A stretch of DNA of 64,000 nucleotides from contig NC_043004.1 of NCBI RefSeq assembly GCF_006345805.1, positions 54,374,001 through 54,438,000 of the forward strand, in the 5' to 3' direction. Of the stretch, positions 13,275 to 27,397 are shown in pieces (position 1 is the first letter of the stretch; each line of letters opens with the position of its first letter). Under the pieces are notes generated by a model. The model saw only the letters and a list, made by a program, of their open reading frames with translations. It made no database searches and was not told where the DNA came from. The translations under genes and the position numbers were made by a program. Source of the stretch: Octopus sinensis. Its lineage: Eukaryota.

Positions 13275-13725
13275 GTGAAAGTAGTTTCTAACTTAGGATG
13301 TCTCATAGATAGTGGTGGCAATGGTGTTGGAGGTGGTAGATGTGGTTATCATGGCAGTGGTGGTGTAGTGGTGACAGTGGATGTGTATGATGGCAGAAAT
13401 TATAGTGTTGGTGTTTTTGTAGAGGTGGTGGTGGTGGTGGTGGTGGCGGCAGTGGATGATGATGATAATGATGATGATAGTAGTAGTAGCATTGATTATG
13501 TTAGGATGTCTCATGGATGGTAGAGTTGAAGACATTGCAGAGTGTAGTGGTGGTGAAATTGGTGATTTTGAATATGATGCTGGTATTGATCTTGGGTTTG
13601 TGGTTGCAGAAGATGGTTGTGGTGGTGGCATTCAAGGTTGTAGTAATGGTTGTAGTGGTGGTTGTGAAGATGATTCTGATATTGATAGTCTTTGCATTGA
13701 GGTGGTGGCAGAGTCAGAGTAAATA
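13275..13725. repeat. Low-complexity GTG/GAT-rich region
   Basis: Degenerate trinucleotide repeats with an internal duplication (ttaggatgtctcat); the ORFs are compositional artefacts. Confidence 0.8.
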
Positions 13726-14750
13726 ATAAGAGCCGAGTTAACACAAGATTCTTAAATTTCGGAGATCATAAGATAGAGAGCAAGAAGTTAAAAGTTCCAA
13801 TACTGGCCCAATATACACCCCAGATTCTTCAACTATTTTATAAGAAAGGGGTTAATGGCAGGATAGGGATTCAGCTTTAAAATAAATTGTATAAAAAAAA
13901 ATACATAAATAAATTACTGCTCCAACGATGTAATTTTAGTATGTGTGTATGTATGTTGTGTGTGCGTGTAAGCAATGCAAACAATGGAAAATAATTTAAA
14001 CACTCATTTTCTGATGTCTAAGGATGGATATTTATGCGTATGAATCTTTTTTTTTATTTTCTTTGAAATATAATTCTAGGGAACTGAAAAAGCTGTGTAC
14101 GATGCCAAGCGAATTTAGCTATTTACGATGAGCGGATGTTTACGTTACAAACGAATCTGTAGGTATGTTTACATGTTTACGTTAACTACGTCACAAAATA
14201 GCTGTTTACGTCACAGTAACAATATTTTGAGAGGCAGTAAATAATATGAGGTCGAAAGAAAGAATACCATTGGTTAAAATTCGAATTATTAAACAACGTT
14301 AAACTTAGAAATTACAATTCCGTTTTCATTTTGGGTTACAATTATGTTTTCTTTTGACACATTCTACCAGTATGCGAAGTTTCAAATTGTTTAGTTAACT
14401 AAGAAAATCTGGCCTTCAAACTGAAAAGATCCTTTGAATCAAAATAACGATGACATTCCTTGCTACCCGCTTTAATTTTGATTTTGAATCCAAGAAAAAT
14501 AATATTCTTTTCACTTCGAAGCTTCTTGTTGCAAATGGTCGCGAAAGTAGAGAGGAAACTGAGTTAACTAACTCTTTTCTCATTTTGTGAAAATGAAAAC
14601 TTGAAAAATGTTACTGTCTTAATTTTGCTTTTGATGTATCAATAAAAATCTAGCAGTGAGTCGAACTAAAATTAAGCTCTAGTTTACTTTATGTGAATTT
14701 CTGTAAAACAATTTTAAATATTTAGAATTAAGATTTAAAACATTGAAAAA

Positions 14751-14943
14751 CTTTACCTTTTAACCACACAAAATCAAATTTGCCTTTTAACTTTACCTTT
14801 TAACCACACAAAATCAAATTTGCCTTTTAACTTTACCTTTTAACCACACAAAATCAAATTTGCCTTTTAACTTTACCTTTTAACCACACAAAATCAAATT
14901 TGCCTTTTAACTTTACCTTTTAACCACACAAGATCAAATTTGC
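14751..14943. repeat. 40-bp minisatellite, ~4.8 copies
   Basis: ctttaccttttaaccacacaaaatcaaatttgccttttaa starting at 14751, 14791, 14831, 14871 and 14911. Confidence 0.95.
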
Positions 14944-16362
14944 TGCTAGATCCTTTGCACTACAAATGAATTCAGGGTAGTGGTCATATGACCAAATTTC
15001 ACGAGGTAGTGTTGTGTCTTTTGACCTTTGAGCAAGCAGTTAAGAAAGTAAGCAGGAAAAAGAATTGCTTTACTCGCTATGTTTTGACCTACTTTTGTTT
15101 TTTGTTGTTTTCACTCCCTAGAAAACAGCAGGCAGGTTGTCTATCTTTTGATTTCCCAAAAGGCTGGGAAGTATATTTGCTTTCTTTAGCGGTCCTATAA
15201 TGCAAACTCTTTTATTAACGGCTAGCGTTCTCTTGTAGAGTCAGAAGCAAATGTTTTTCTGCATGCTGTGTCTATTCAGAGGTCATAAATCAGAATTCAT
15301 TCATGCGACCACTACCCAGTGGCAAATGAAAAAATAATTCACGAGAAAATTAAGGAAAGTTAAAATTATCAATAATTAATTCTATAATCAATAATTAATT
15401 TTACATTTAACAAACATTTATTTATCCTAGAAATGAAGGCATGCAATGTATGCGTTTGCATACATATATATATCCCTATCTGATGGTATTTCTTAATAGA
15501 AACACGTTTGATATATTTACATTCGTATCTACTTGGAGTGACACTATTGACACAATGAAAGAATACTAGAATTCAGTGAAAATCTAAAATTATATTAATA
15601 TTTCCATAATATTAATTGATTGTTCTTTGTTTCTAAAAGTGTAAAAGGTTTCAGAATTCTAAGGTTAACAAGTGATTAAAGATTTATCATAGCCTTGCGA
15701 AGTCATTTTCAAAAATTGATTTAATATATTGCCATACGTCAATGTAACTAAGCCATTTAAGGAATCTTTGAATATTTGTTTTATTTATTTCATATAACAG
15801 CTGCACCCATGTCTCTGCATCAATGATTAGAATGTAGTATAATGAGATGAAATATTAGACAATGTACTTTCTGGCATAAAATGCTCGTGGCTGGAAAACA
15901 TGAGATTATAGGTTTGCTTAACCAGTGTCGAACATTTTCAAATTTTGGCATACGGCCACCAGTTTTTCGTGGGAGCGAGATGTTAATTATATCAATCCTA
16001 GTATTTGACTTGTTACTTATCTTATTGATCCCTAAATGGTGAAAGGCAAAATCGGCCTCGATCGAATTTGAGCTCAGAACGTAAAACCGGACAAAATGTC
16101 TCTAAGCATTTTATCGGGCGTTATAAGTTAAATAATCTTTACTACTAAAGGTACAAGGCCGGAAATTTGGTGGGAAGGAACAAATCGATTACACCGACCC
16201 TACAGTTTCACTGGTACTTAGTTTATCGACACCTAGGAAGTAAATGCAAAGACTTCCTCGGGAATTTGAACACATAACGTAGTGACGGGAAAATTACCGC
16301 TAAGCATTTCATCGAGCATGCTAACAATTTTGCCAGCTCGCTACCTTTTTAAGTTATATAAT

Positions 16363-16568
16363 GAGAAGAAGAAGAAGAAGAAGAAGAAGAAGAAGAAGAA
16401 GAAGAAAAGAAGAAGAAGAAGAAGAAGAAGAAGAAGAAGAAGAAGAAGAAGAAAGAAGAAGAAGAAGAAGGAGGAGAAGAAGAAGAAGAAGAAGAAGAAG
16501 AAGAAGAAGAAGAAGAAGAAGAAGAAGAAGAAGAAGAAGAAGAAGAAGAAGAAGAAGAAGAAGAAGAA
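16363..16568. repeat. (GAA)n microsatellite, ~200 bp
   Basis: Direct reading. Confidence 0.98.
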
Positions 16569-17390
16569 ATATCGAAGTGGTGGAATCGATGTTTTTACCA
16601 AATCGGCTGCTTTAGCACCCGATAACAAACCAAGAAAACAAGAATGTATATTTACCTGAATGATTCTAGAATAAGAGTAATTTTCATTATCGTATTAAGA
16701 GGTTTGTAATATTTAAAGTTACTAGAATTTTCCTCAGAATATGTACCTGTTTTAAATGTTTAAAATTTCTAGATTAATTGCAATTTTTATAGTCCAATAT
16801 CGAACATTCAAAGTTCCTAGAATAACAGTAATTATTTTCATGCTTGTATTAAAGACTATCAAACGTTTGAAATTTCGAGAATGACAGTTTTTTTTTCCTG
16901 GCTATAATTTTACGTTTTCCTAATATTTAAAGTTTCTTGAATCACAGTAATCATCATAGCAGTATTTGCATGTTTCAAATGTTAGTTTTTCAGAACGGGA
17001 TACATTTTAATGCTCATATTTTCGTCTTACAGATAGTTTTACGCATCTGAAAATGTTTAAGTTTTGTCCTTGCACGACACTGATTATTCAGGGCAGATTA
17101 ATATAAAACATATTCCTGGTATGAATATACTGATTAATTTAAAGATGTAGATGAAATAAACTACATGATCGAATATGTTTTTCCGTCTTTCAAGCAGAAT
17201 GGTGTGATTTGTAGGATACTTCTGTTCGATTTCTAGGAATGTAAGCCACCACTGTTGCTTCGTAATTACATCATCTGCTGTTGCCTTTTGGCCTCGGGGC
17301 GTCTCAGATGATTCTGACCTCTGAACAAAGGCATAAAATCAGATCTTTATTCATATAAGGTACGTCAAGGGCTGCATTGTCAATATGTAC

Positions 17391-17769
17391 CTTCTGCATC
17401 TTTACAATACGATGTGAGTTACAGGTTGCTTGGTTTTTATTTGTAGCATATTGTGGGACGGCTTCGTGTCTGTCCATTTTGGTATTCTACAATGTCTGAC
17501 GTCAACAGACAGTCTAAGACCAACGTTCAGCTTTCAGAGGTCAATGAATAACGTCAATCAATAAGTTCTAATCCCTACTCTGCTTTTGTACACCATCTTC
17601 TGCCCTTGCCTTACACTGTACCTGTAATACTTTGTGGCTTTCATATTTCATTCACATCAATATTACTATAAGCCGTCCCACATCAATATTACTATAAGCC
17701 GTCCCACAATATGCTACAAATAAGAACCAAGCAACCTGTAACTCACATCGTATTGTGAAGAAGCAGAAG
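17391..17769. mobile_element. MITE-like element with 74-bp terminal inverted repeats
   Basis: 17391-17464 versus 17696-17769, 3 mismatches by manual comparison. A 26-bp tandem duplication overlaps the inner end of the right repeat. A family B SINE abuts the right end. Confidence 0.7.
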
Positions 17770-17998
17770 GCGGCGAGCTGGCAGAAACGTTAGCACGCCG
17801 GGCGAAATTCGTAGCCGTATTTCGTCTGTCGTTGCGTTCCGAGTTCAAATTCCGCCGAGGTCGACTTTGCCTTTCATCCTTTCGGGGTCGATAAATTAAG
17901 TACCAGTTACGCACTGGGGTCGATGTAATCGACTTAATCCCTTTGTCTGTCCTTGTTTGTCCCCTCTGTGTTTAGCCCCTTGTGGGTAATAAAGAAAT
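17769..17998 (+). mobile_element. tRNA-derived SINE family B
   Basis: ggcggcgagctggcagaaacgttagc head, B-box-like gagttcaaattcc, and body gtcgactttgcctttcatcctttcggggtcgat. Confidence 0.9.
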
Positions 17999-18349
17999 AT
18001 ATATTTTGTAATATGGTTGTTCTTATTCTCATCAGATTTGTGCGCTTGTTCTCGTGCGTGTAACAAAAATTCTTTTTTGTCTTCTTTTTTAATTCCCCAA
18101 ATTCTTTCATGGTGACGTGTATAATGTTTTTTCAAACAATTATAGTTCTTATCTACCCAAATCTAATGGTATAAACCATTTAAAAAACTTGTAGCGTATT
18201 TCAGAAGAAGCTTTAACAAAATTCTTCTTGCAAATCACTCCAATCTGGCTGAAAATAATATACTCTCTACAATGCAATTTGGTTTAATTTTTCCATGAAC
18301 TCTTGTTTATCCGAAATATTTTAATAAAGATTCAGTCTTCTAACACATA

Positions 18350-18396
<47 letters not shown>

Positions 18397-18448
18397 ATAT
18401 ATATACGTGATGCATATATGCCATTTGAATATGGCTAACCCAAAAGGG

Positions 18449-18824
18449 TGGATGCTACTGTAGTTTGTAGCCCCAGGAAGACACCTCCTCCCGCTGGCTA
18501 TAGACACACTATCTGTGTCCTGTCAGTATTTGTGAAGGGGAGACATCCTCCCCGTCTTCAACACATGATACACACGTACCCGAGTTTCAAGGTGTTTACC
18601 TTTCATCAGCGTGTGACAATCATGGTTGTCGACGAGAAGTCAGATTCCTTCACAAATACATATACTTTTTCCAGTGTCGATATGACACTGATATTGAAAA
18701 AGTGAAATCAAACAATGATAAATCTCAGAGCGAGTTATAAACAGTAGCGGTAGGACACAGATAGTGTGTCTATAGCCAGCGGGAGGAGGTGTCTTCCTGG
18801 GGCTACAAACTACAGTAGCATCCA
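18449..18824. repeat. Element with perfect 73-bp inverted repeats
   Basis: 18449-18521 is the exact reverse complement of 18752-18824. The left flank resembles the internal segment of the Helitron-like copy at 8611-8646. Confidence 0.85.
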
Positions 18825-20404
18825 ACTTCAAAGCAGAAAGAAATTTTATAATTTTTCTTTACTATTTCAAGAAAAGTCACATATAAACTTTGCTATATGT
18901 TATCGTCACATTTCTGTAACAGAATGTATCCAAACTTTGTGGAAGACGTTTGCGTATAGTATGTATTTTGTGTGTAAGTGCTTTCGTCGTTCAACTTTGC
19001 AGACATAAGTGTTCTTGGCTCATGCGTATAGAGGAAGTTGTTTGTAGTAAAGGTGCTGACTTTTTCCAGTTTAGTTTCGTACTTAGAATTCTTATAAAGT
19101 ATTCTTTTTCATTTTGTAGGTGTTTATTTTTATCTTTTATTTTGTAAAGGGGCAATATTTTCAATTTTCCATTTCTGCAATTGTCTAGATGTTTACTCAT
19201 GGAACATTTCTAAGAGAAGGATTCTTTAATTTGCTATTTGTGCACGTTTACACGGCTCCTTAGTTTTGTCCCTTTTCCCCCAATGTCGTTCTCTTTGCGT
19301 TTTTGGAACGTTATGTATGAAGCAGAACGGAAAAATATCAAATGTTCAATTTATATAGTGTTAGTGATGTAACTGGAAGGGCAGACACAGAAGTGAAGGA
19401 TAGAATGGGAAGGAAATTAGTATCTAGTGCTCTTTGGTTACTGTTAATAACATTGAATTCCTTAATGCATTAGGATGTAAAAGAAAGTAAAGAGTAAGCA
19501 TATGCAGAGGAGTAATGTTAATTTTAATAGAGAGGCTACATGAGCTTGTAGGGCAATACTTATTAAAATAGTACAGACTATTGTCCTAAATATATGCTCT
19601 GTTCGATGGTGTATCGAATGGGAGTATGTAATATATGTGCCTGTGCGATAATGTGTGATTATTCCTGTGTGCATGTATGGCTCGTAATGTTCCTTCTCTG
19701 TATGTGTGTGTATGAAAAATGCTAAATTATTGGCAAAATGGAATTGTGTAGAAAGAAATTAATATGTACGTGTCAATAGAGAAACGCAATGTTGGTAATG
19801 CTATGGTTGAAGACTGAATAAATAGTCCGTTAAATGAAGGATACGCCTGTACTGGTTGAAATGGTACAGGGTTAAATCACGGAAGTTACACAAAAGGTTT
19901 AAGTAACGGAAGTTATATACAATGTCCGAGGAACGGAAGTTTCACAAAAAAAACACAAAAACACGTGAAGAGTAAAATTTCGCAGCAATTGGAAAAATAA
20001 AGGGAAATGTATTCTGATGGAATTCGTGACAAAATATGGATTTGTGATTTCCTTCTTTTGAATACTTAAACAGAAGTTTCTACCCATCACTCTTTTTCCA
20101 TTTCTCCCTCTATTTCTCTCCTTGTCCCTCTGTTTACTTTTATCTCGCGTTCTCACTGACGCTCTCCCAATTTCTGCTCTACTCCCCTCCATCAGTATTC
20201 TCATACTATATATTAAACCTTTACTGTGAGATTGTTCCTAATGTGACCTGTTTATTATGGCTGACATAGTTCACGTTAACGAGAAAAGGCAGCCCGGTTT
20301 GTAGTCGCACTTACAATAATATTAGTTCATCTGCAACAGTAAGCCTTATTAGAATATGCGTGCACTCCACAATAGTACTTTACTTCTTAGCGTAAAGATC
20401 CCCT

Positions 20405-20730
20405 TTAGTCATGAATGACTATAGGATTGCACCTAGAAGGTTCTCCTCCGTGGCACAAGTCCGAGCACGCATGTTTATGGAAGACAAGCTGTCGCCCATG
20501 CATACCAGGCTCTCCTCTCCACGCCACCGATGTTGTCCTAGGAAAAGGTAAAAGACGATGCAACTTAGCATCAGCAGTGACGCCGCAATGCATTTCTATA
20601 GCTGAGTGAACTGGAACAACATGAAATAAAGTGTCTTGCTCAAGAACACAACACAATGTGGTCCGGGAATAGAACTCACTACCTCATGATTATGAGCCGG
20701 ACGCTCTAATCACTGAGCCATGCTTCTTCA
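20405..20730 (-). mobile_element. tRNA-derived SINE family C
   Basis: Minus-strand tRNA-like head (ggctcagtgattagagcg...gagttctattcccgg) followed by the central domain gtgttcttgagcaagacactttatttca. Confidence 0.8.
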
Positions 20731-20827
20731 GTATATTACTTCTTATGTCACGCTAATACATATTATTACGGTTTACCTCCAATTATTAACAAACAGGCTA
20801 ACTTATTAGTCACAATTTTATATATCA

Positions 20828-21119
20828 CTAGCAGTATCGCCCGGCGTTGCTCGGGTTTGTAAGGGAAATAACTATATAAGCATTTTTAGAGAGTTATGGC
20901 CAAAAATTAGCAAAAAATGCATTAAAAATGGGAAAAAAATGATGGTAAATTTTTTTTAAATCGTTGACTCATCGTAGACATTTTTAGAGAGTTACTTCCC
21001 TTATATAATCACGACTATAAGATACCCGGTTTTGGTTACACTGCACCGCAAAATGTGGGAGTAGTTAGGAATCTAAATCGTAGGAGACAGACACACAACC
21101 TTACTTTTATATATAAAGA
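20828..21119 (-). mobile_element. Non-autonomous Helitron-like element, internally deleted
   Basis: Same termini as 4403-4796; ~100 bp shorter. Confidence 0.85.
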
Positions 21120-21678
21120 TTTTCGCTTTATTTCAAATCAGTTGATCGCCAGAATGGGTCACAGAGCACGGTGATTATCGCAGTATTCAATAAATAAAGG
21201 GAATGATAGACTACATTTTTAAACCTGAGATGTGAATCTAATTCCCAGTAAGCTTAACACTACCTACATAACTATAATGTATTAAAACACTTGTAAGTCA
21301 TGCAATGTCCTTATTGCCGAAACACTGTTAATTGCGACACCTTTTAAAGTCCCGATGCACAGGTGTGGGCTGTGTCATTGAAATAAACAAGCTAGCGCCA
21401 AAGTCACGAAGGAAGTTGAAATTTGCTAATTACTTTACTTTTTTCTGTTTTTTATTTTCTTTGAATATTTTTTTACACGAGCCATACACTTTCCCTTACT
21501 TTTTGTTTTAGATTTACAATATGATTGTCATATACAGTATATATAAATATATATTGTTTTTTAGCCCTTAGAATATACACGTGTATTAGAATTTTCTCTG
21601 ATTCTTCAGATTTTTGTATGCTAGGCTACTGATTTTAAATTGATATTAATTAAATTAATATTCAATCTATCTTCCTCA

Positions 21679-21711
<33 letters not shown>

Positions 21712-21809
21712 CATATGGATACATATATACATGCATATATATATATTCATATATATACATAAATAATTATATATATATCTTTATATATATATATACATAT
21801 TTATATATA

Positions 21810-21845
<36 letters not shown>

Positions 21846-21847
21846 TG

Positions 21848-21915
<68 letters not shown>

Positions 21916-23319
21916 TGTATGTATGTATCTATATTGTAAATCTAAAACAAAAAATAGAGGAGTTATTAAATATTGAAACCCCTTCTTGACTTTTGGCACT
22001 GTCTCTACGTATGTTTGTTAACTATGTTTTTGAAGAGAACATTATTTGTTTTTTTCTTTACTTGCCTTTCACATTGTACGTGTACCTTAGTACAAATATA
22101 CAATATTTTACACTTGACAAAAAAAAACACACAGACGGACACCGCAGCAAACAAACAAGTTATGATAAGTGCCAACATATTTGCACTGGTATTTGGCACC
22201 GTTTCATATTATTGTAGACATCTCTCAAGTAAGCTTATTTATCTTTTGAACATCAACATTCAAACTTCACTCCAAACCTTAATGTTATTGCTTATTTTGC
22301 AATTTTATTCGTTTGTAAGCATATAGACAAGTGGTGTGTATCCTGTGTGATATATGTGTATTATGTGGGATCATATGTGTACGCATTCATATGCTCTCAT
22401 ACTGATACATGCATATATGTATATATAACATGCGACTCCTTTAACCCTTCATGTATCCTGGAGGCATGACTGTGACGTAACGTTATCAACGAACACACGT
22501 TATTATTGCAATATAACGAGAAACAAATATATAAACCCGTCTATGTTTGTGTGATAGAAATGGCTACACTGATACCTTGCAGTTGTTTCTAAAGTTAGAA
22601 AGGTGAGAAGCAGCGATAATAAACTCTTCAATCATTCCCAGAGCAGTGATGCTGGTGACAGTGATGTTTATACTTTTAATATATACAGTTCGATATCTGC
22701 AGTCTTACGACTTCTAAAGATTCTAAAGATTTATAAACATAGTTTGAGGGAATTGGAGGTAAGTGTTTAAGACAGGATATAGAATATGATTTAAGAGTAA
22801 GAGGGAAAGAAGGAAGAAAAAGACAAGATGTAAGAGGAAGAGGAGGGACGTTGTAAGGACGGGTTTCGAAGAATATATGACTGTAGCTATTTCAGTGGGG
22901 CAGGACACAGGGTTTTAGCATCAGAAGAGGAAGAGAGAAGTTACCGTATTAATGGCGTAGTGGTTCAAATATGTCAATGTCATGTTGTAGCATGTCAAAA
23001 GCAGGTTATGGAAGTGTCAAGGTTGGTATCGCCTTTATTGGATAATATTTTTTGCTCCTAACAGATTCTTAGAACATGTCCATTGGCAATCAGTTGCAAA
23101 AATGGAATATAGATACATATTTGCATGCATAAATACATATATATGCATTCATACATGCGTACGTGAAAATACATATAGGCACACAGGCATGCATACCAGG
23201 TTGAGTCAAAAGAGTTGTCAGATTTTCACTGATGATTCTTTGACAACTTGTATCCCAATGTAGTATCACTAATTCAATACAACTTGCTGTCCAGTCGTTG
23301 CTGAATTGATTATACTCTT

Positions 23320-23798
<479 letters not shown>

Positions 23799-23879
23799 TA
23801 TTTATCCTTTATTTAGATATATAACACATAAATATTGATTGCCTATTCTTTATTTGTAAGCTTTGATAATAAGAGGTGA

Positions 23880-24115
23880 TAAAATCACAATAAGGGCCAT
23901 TTTATGCTTCCCGTAGGAAAAAGGACCGCATGCACAGGAAGCCGCAAAAGAAATTAATGACGTGGAAGGCAATGACGTAACACAAAAATGGCTCAGACGT
24001 TTGAAGGAAGATGACACCAGCCTCGAAGGAAAACCAAATTCAGGGAGACCTTCTGCTGTGAAAGATGAGGTCTTGTTTGAAATAGTTAAACAACAGCCAA
24101 GCGCAAACACTGGAA
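23880..24115 (+). pseudogene. Mariner transposase N-terminal (HTH) fragment
   Basis: Manual translation ...AQEAAKEINDVEGNDVTQKWLRRLKEDDTSLEGKPNSGRPSAVKDEVL... matches the mariner KWF.RF...D.SL.D.PRSGRP pattern. Confidence 0.7.
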
Positions 24116-25084
24116 TATTGATATTAAAATAACTATCCAGTTGTATACTTATTACTGCTAGTGTCTAAACCACAACTTTGAGATCTCCTATGTTACTGTC
24201 AAGGAGATAGTAAGGTCGTTTTTACCAACTGTTATTGCTGGACAATTACACAAGACACTTTCAAATGCATACGATAATATTGTAAACATGGAACTTTATC
24301 TGTTAAATCTAGAAGCTTAATACATATATTTCTAAAAACAAAGAAAAAAGAAGAAAACATTTGTTATACTTTTAGGCAATAGTCACTTCGCCCAAATGTC
24401 TAAAGTAGGTTTAAAGTAGGATCATAATTGATATTTATTTTCACATTATATAGAACATATATATATATATATACATAGGGTAGAGCTACTTTCACAAGCA
24501 CAGACATCCTAGAACACACAAAATTTTCTCATTGGCAATGATTCAAGAAGCAGCATACTACGACCATTAGCTCAGAGACACGCTGCTTCTCTCTGCTGAT
24601 TATATTGCTATTACAACAGCCTGCGTTTCTTAGAAGTGGTTGCCTGCATGCGTTCACCTCCCAGGTCAAACCGATCTATTTGTTTCTTCTATTTCTGTCA
24701 ATTTGCATCACCATTTTCCCACTGTCTAATTGAATTTTGTGTGTCTATTATTGCTATTTCCTATTTTTAGAATATGAATATGAATATTAATATAATATTT
24801 TTGATTACATTACTACATATACTGCACAGGGTGTTATGTAATCGTAGTTCTACAGTAACTTCCAAATTTGCTCAACATTTTTGTTTTTCTGATATAAAGA
24901 GTGGAATGAGAGAACAAATGTATTTATAACTGAAGCCGAGGGAAATGAACTGAGTAGAGATATCTTATTTACATAATGATTTGCCATTGAGTTTTTGATA
25001 ATAAGCAATAGCCTCAAAATATTAAAATTATTGGCATTAATATTCTTTCCTATTCTAGGCACTAGGCCCCAAATTTTTAGATCA

Positions 25085-25418
25085 ACCCCAGTACGTAACT
25101 GGTACTTAATTTATCGACCTCAAAGGATGAAAGGCAAAGTTGACTGCGGCGGAATTTGAACTCAGAACGTAACGGCAGATGAAATACCTATTTCTTTACT
25201 ACCCACAAGGGGCTACACACAGAGGGGACAAACAAGGACAGGCAAACGGTTTAAGTCGATAACATCGACCCAGTGCGTAACAGGTACTTAATTTATCGAC
25301 CTCAAAGGATGAAAGGCAAAGTTGACTGCGGCGGAATTTGAACTCAGAACGTAGCGGCAGACAAAATACCACTAAGCATTGCGCCCGGCACGCTAACGTT
25401 TCTGCCAGCTCGCCGCCT
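25085..25418 (-). mobile_element. SINE family B, dimeric
   Basis: Two ~178-bp-spaced units sharing the private variants cctcaaagg and gttgactgcggcgg. Confidence 0.85.
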
Positions 25419-25793
25419 TATTGACATTAATCTTGATTTCAAGATATCTGGCAAAACTACCCTATCAAGAAAAATTAATTAAATTTTATTGTACATGTAT
25501 AAGGAGTCGAACCATCCACGAGCCATCTTAAATAATTTAACCCAATACAGCGATATTGTGCACTATCTTATCTGATACAAATTACTTTAACAATGCAGGA
25601 GCTCACTATTAAGACGCAAGTGGCGATTTAAAAACATCATCTCCAACTGTTTGGATTTTAAGGCTGACATCCTAACTGAAAGGTGAATTATTATATTCCG
25701 ATACTAGAAATAGATTCCTCTATAGAACCAGCTTATTCATTTAGCTAGCCACCATTGAAATATAATAAAAATATTAAAGATCCTAAACAACAA

Positions 25794-26190
25794 GGCGCAG
25801 GAGTGGCTGTGTGGTAAGTAGCTTGCTTACCAACCACATGGTCCCGGGTTCAGTCCCACTGCGTGGCACCTTGGGCAAGTGTCTTCTACTATAGCCTCGG
25901 GCCGACCAATGCCTTGTGAGTGGATTTGGTAGACAGAAACTGAAAAGAAGCCCGTCGTATATATGTATATATATATATATATGTATGTGTGTGTTTGTGT
26001 GTCTGTGTTTGTCCCCCCAACATCGCTTGACAACCGATGGTGGTTTGTTTACGTCCCCGTTACTTAGCGGTTCGGCAAAAAAGACCGATGGAGCAAGTAC
26101 TAGGTTTACAAAGAATAAGTCCTGGGGCTGATTTGCTCAACTAAAGGCGGTGCTCCAGCATGGCCGCAGTCAAATGACTGGAAATGTAAG
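25794..26190 (+). mobile_element. Full-length SINE family A
   Basis: A-box/B-box head ggcgcaggagtggctgtgtggtaag...gggttcagtccc, and tail gtgctccagcatggccgcagtc. Confidence 0.9.
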
Positions 26191-26327
26191 GGTAAGATAT
26201 GAAAAATCAACGAAAATGCACATTGCAAGATAAAAAAAAAAAATATATATATATATATATATTTGTGTGTGTGTATGTGTGTATGCGTGTGTGTGTGTCT
26301 GTGTGTGTGTCTGTGTGTGGTGTGTGT

Positions 26328-26382
<55 letters not shown>

Positions 26383-26383
<1 letters not shown>

Positions 26384-26565
26384 GTGCAATGGTCCAGTAG
26401 TTATGGCAGCGCGGTCGTGGGATCGCAGTTTCGATTCCCGAACCGGGCGATGTGAGTGTCTATTGAACGAAAACACCTCCACGACCTCTGGCAGGGGTGT
26501 TGGTAGACCCTGCTGTACTCCCTCACCACGACTTTCTCTCACTTTTTCTTCCTGTTTCTGTTGTT
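26383..26565 (+). mobile_element. Degenerate SINE family D
   Basis: Similar to the copy at 38420-38746 (gatcgcagtttcgattccc, gaaaacacc, ctttctctcac). Confidence 0.75.
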
Positions 26566-26872
26566 CCTGTATTATATATATATATATACAGACGCAAGTC
26601 AAATGGGCTCCAAGTAAGTTGGTCATTTTATACGTTCAAAAGTGTTTATTGTTAAATATTTTGTGTTTAAAAGTTGTGCAACAACATCCGCTGCAAACTT
26701 TGACTAATATCCACACCAAATTTCGCCCTTTGTGAGCAAAATTTTAAAAATTCTCGTAGGCCTCGTGTTGTATTTTAGCCATTTTTATTTTAAAAAATGG
26801 CTACTGGTCACCACGAGGCTGAGGCGCAACATCTGCACGCGTTCATATATATATTCGTATATATATATCTAT

Positions 26873-26955
<83 letters not shown>

Positions 26956-27076
26956 TCCCCGTTGATAGGCCGCTGGTATTTATAAAGTGTTGAACATTTT
27001 CGGTGTGCAAATTAGGGACTCCTTCATAGAGTAACTGCTGCATTTGTTGAGTATATAATAATACCATATATATATA

Positions 27077-27214
<138 letters not shown>

Positions 27215-27397
27215 TATAGAGAGAGAGAGAAAGAGAGAGAATGAGAGAGAGAGAGATGCATATAAATATATGAGCGTGTATATGCATAAATAAAAATATA
27301 TATAATGCATACACACGCATATTATAAAATATGTGTGCGGATATATCATTGTAATTATGCACTTGTGTGTATGGAGAAGTACGATATATAATTGCTA

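Noticed and set aside
13275-13744. Overlapping Pro/His/Thr-rich or Gly/Val-rich ORFs as a host exon
   Set aside because: Degenerate trinucleotide repeats keep several frames open; there is no splice or domain evidence.
20660-20730. tRNA genes (also at 25794 and 38746)
   Set aside because: The tRNA-like heads continue into SINE bodies and lack complete cloverleaf 3' ends.
22130-22250. Possible host exon ending at caa|gtaagc
   Set aside because: A lone donor-like motif with no convincing acceptor, codon pattern or homology.
22720-23080. Possible decayed Penelope RT fragment on the minus strand
   Set aside because: No catalytic motif could be read; the impression is compositional only.
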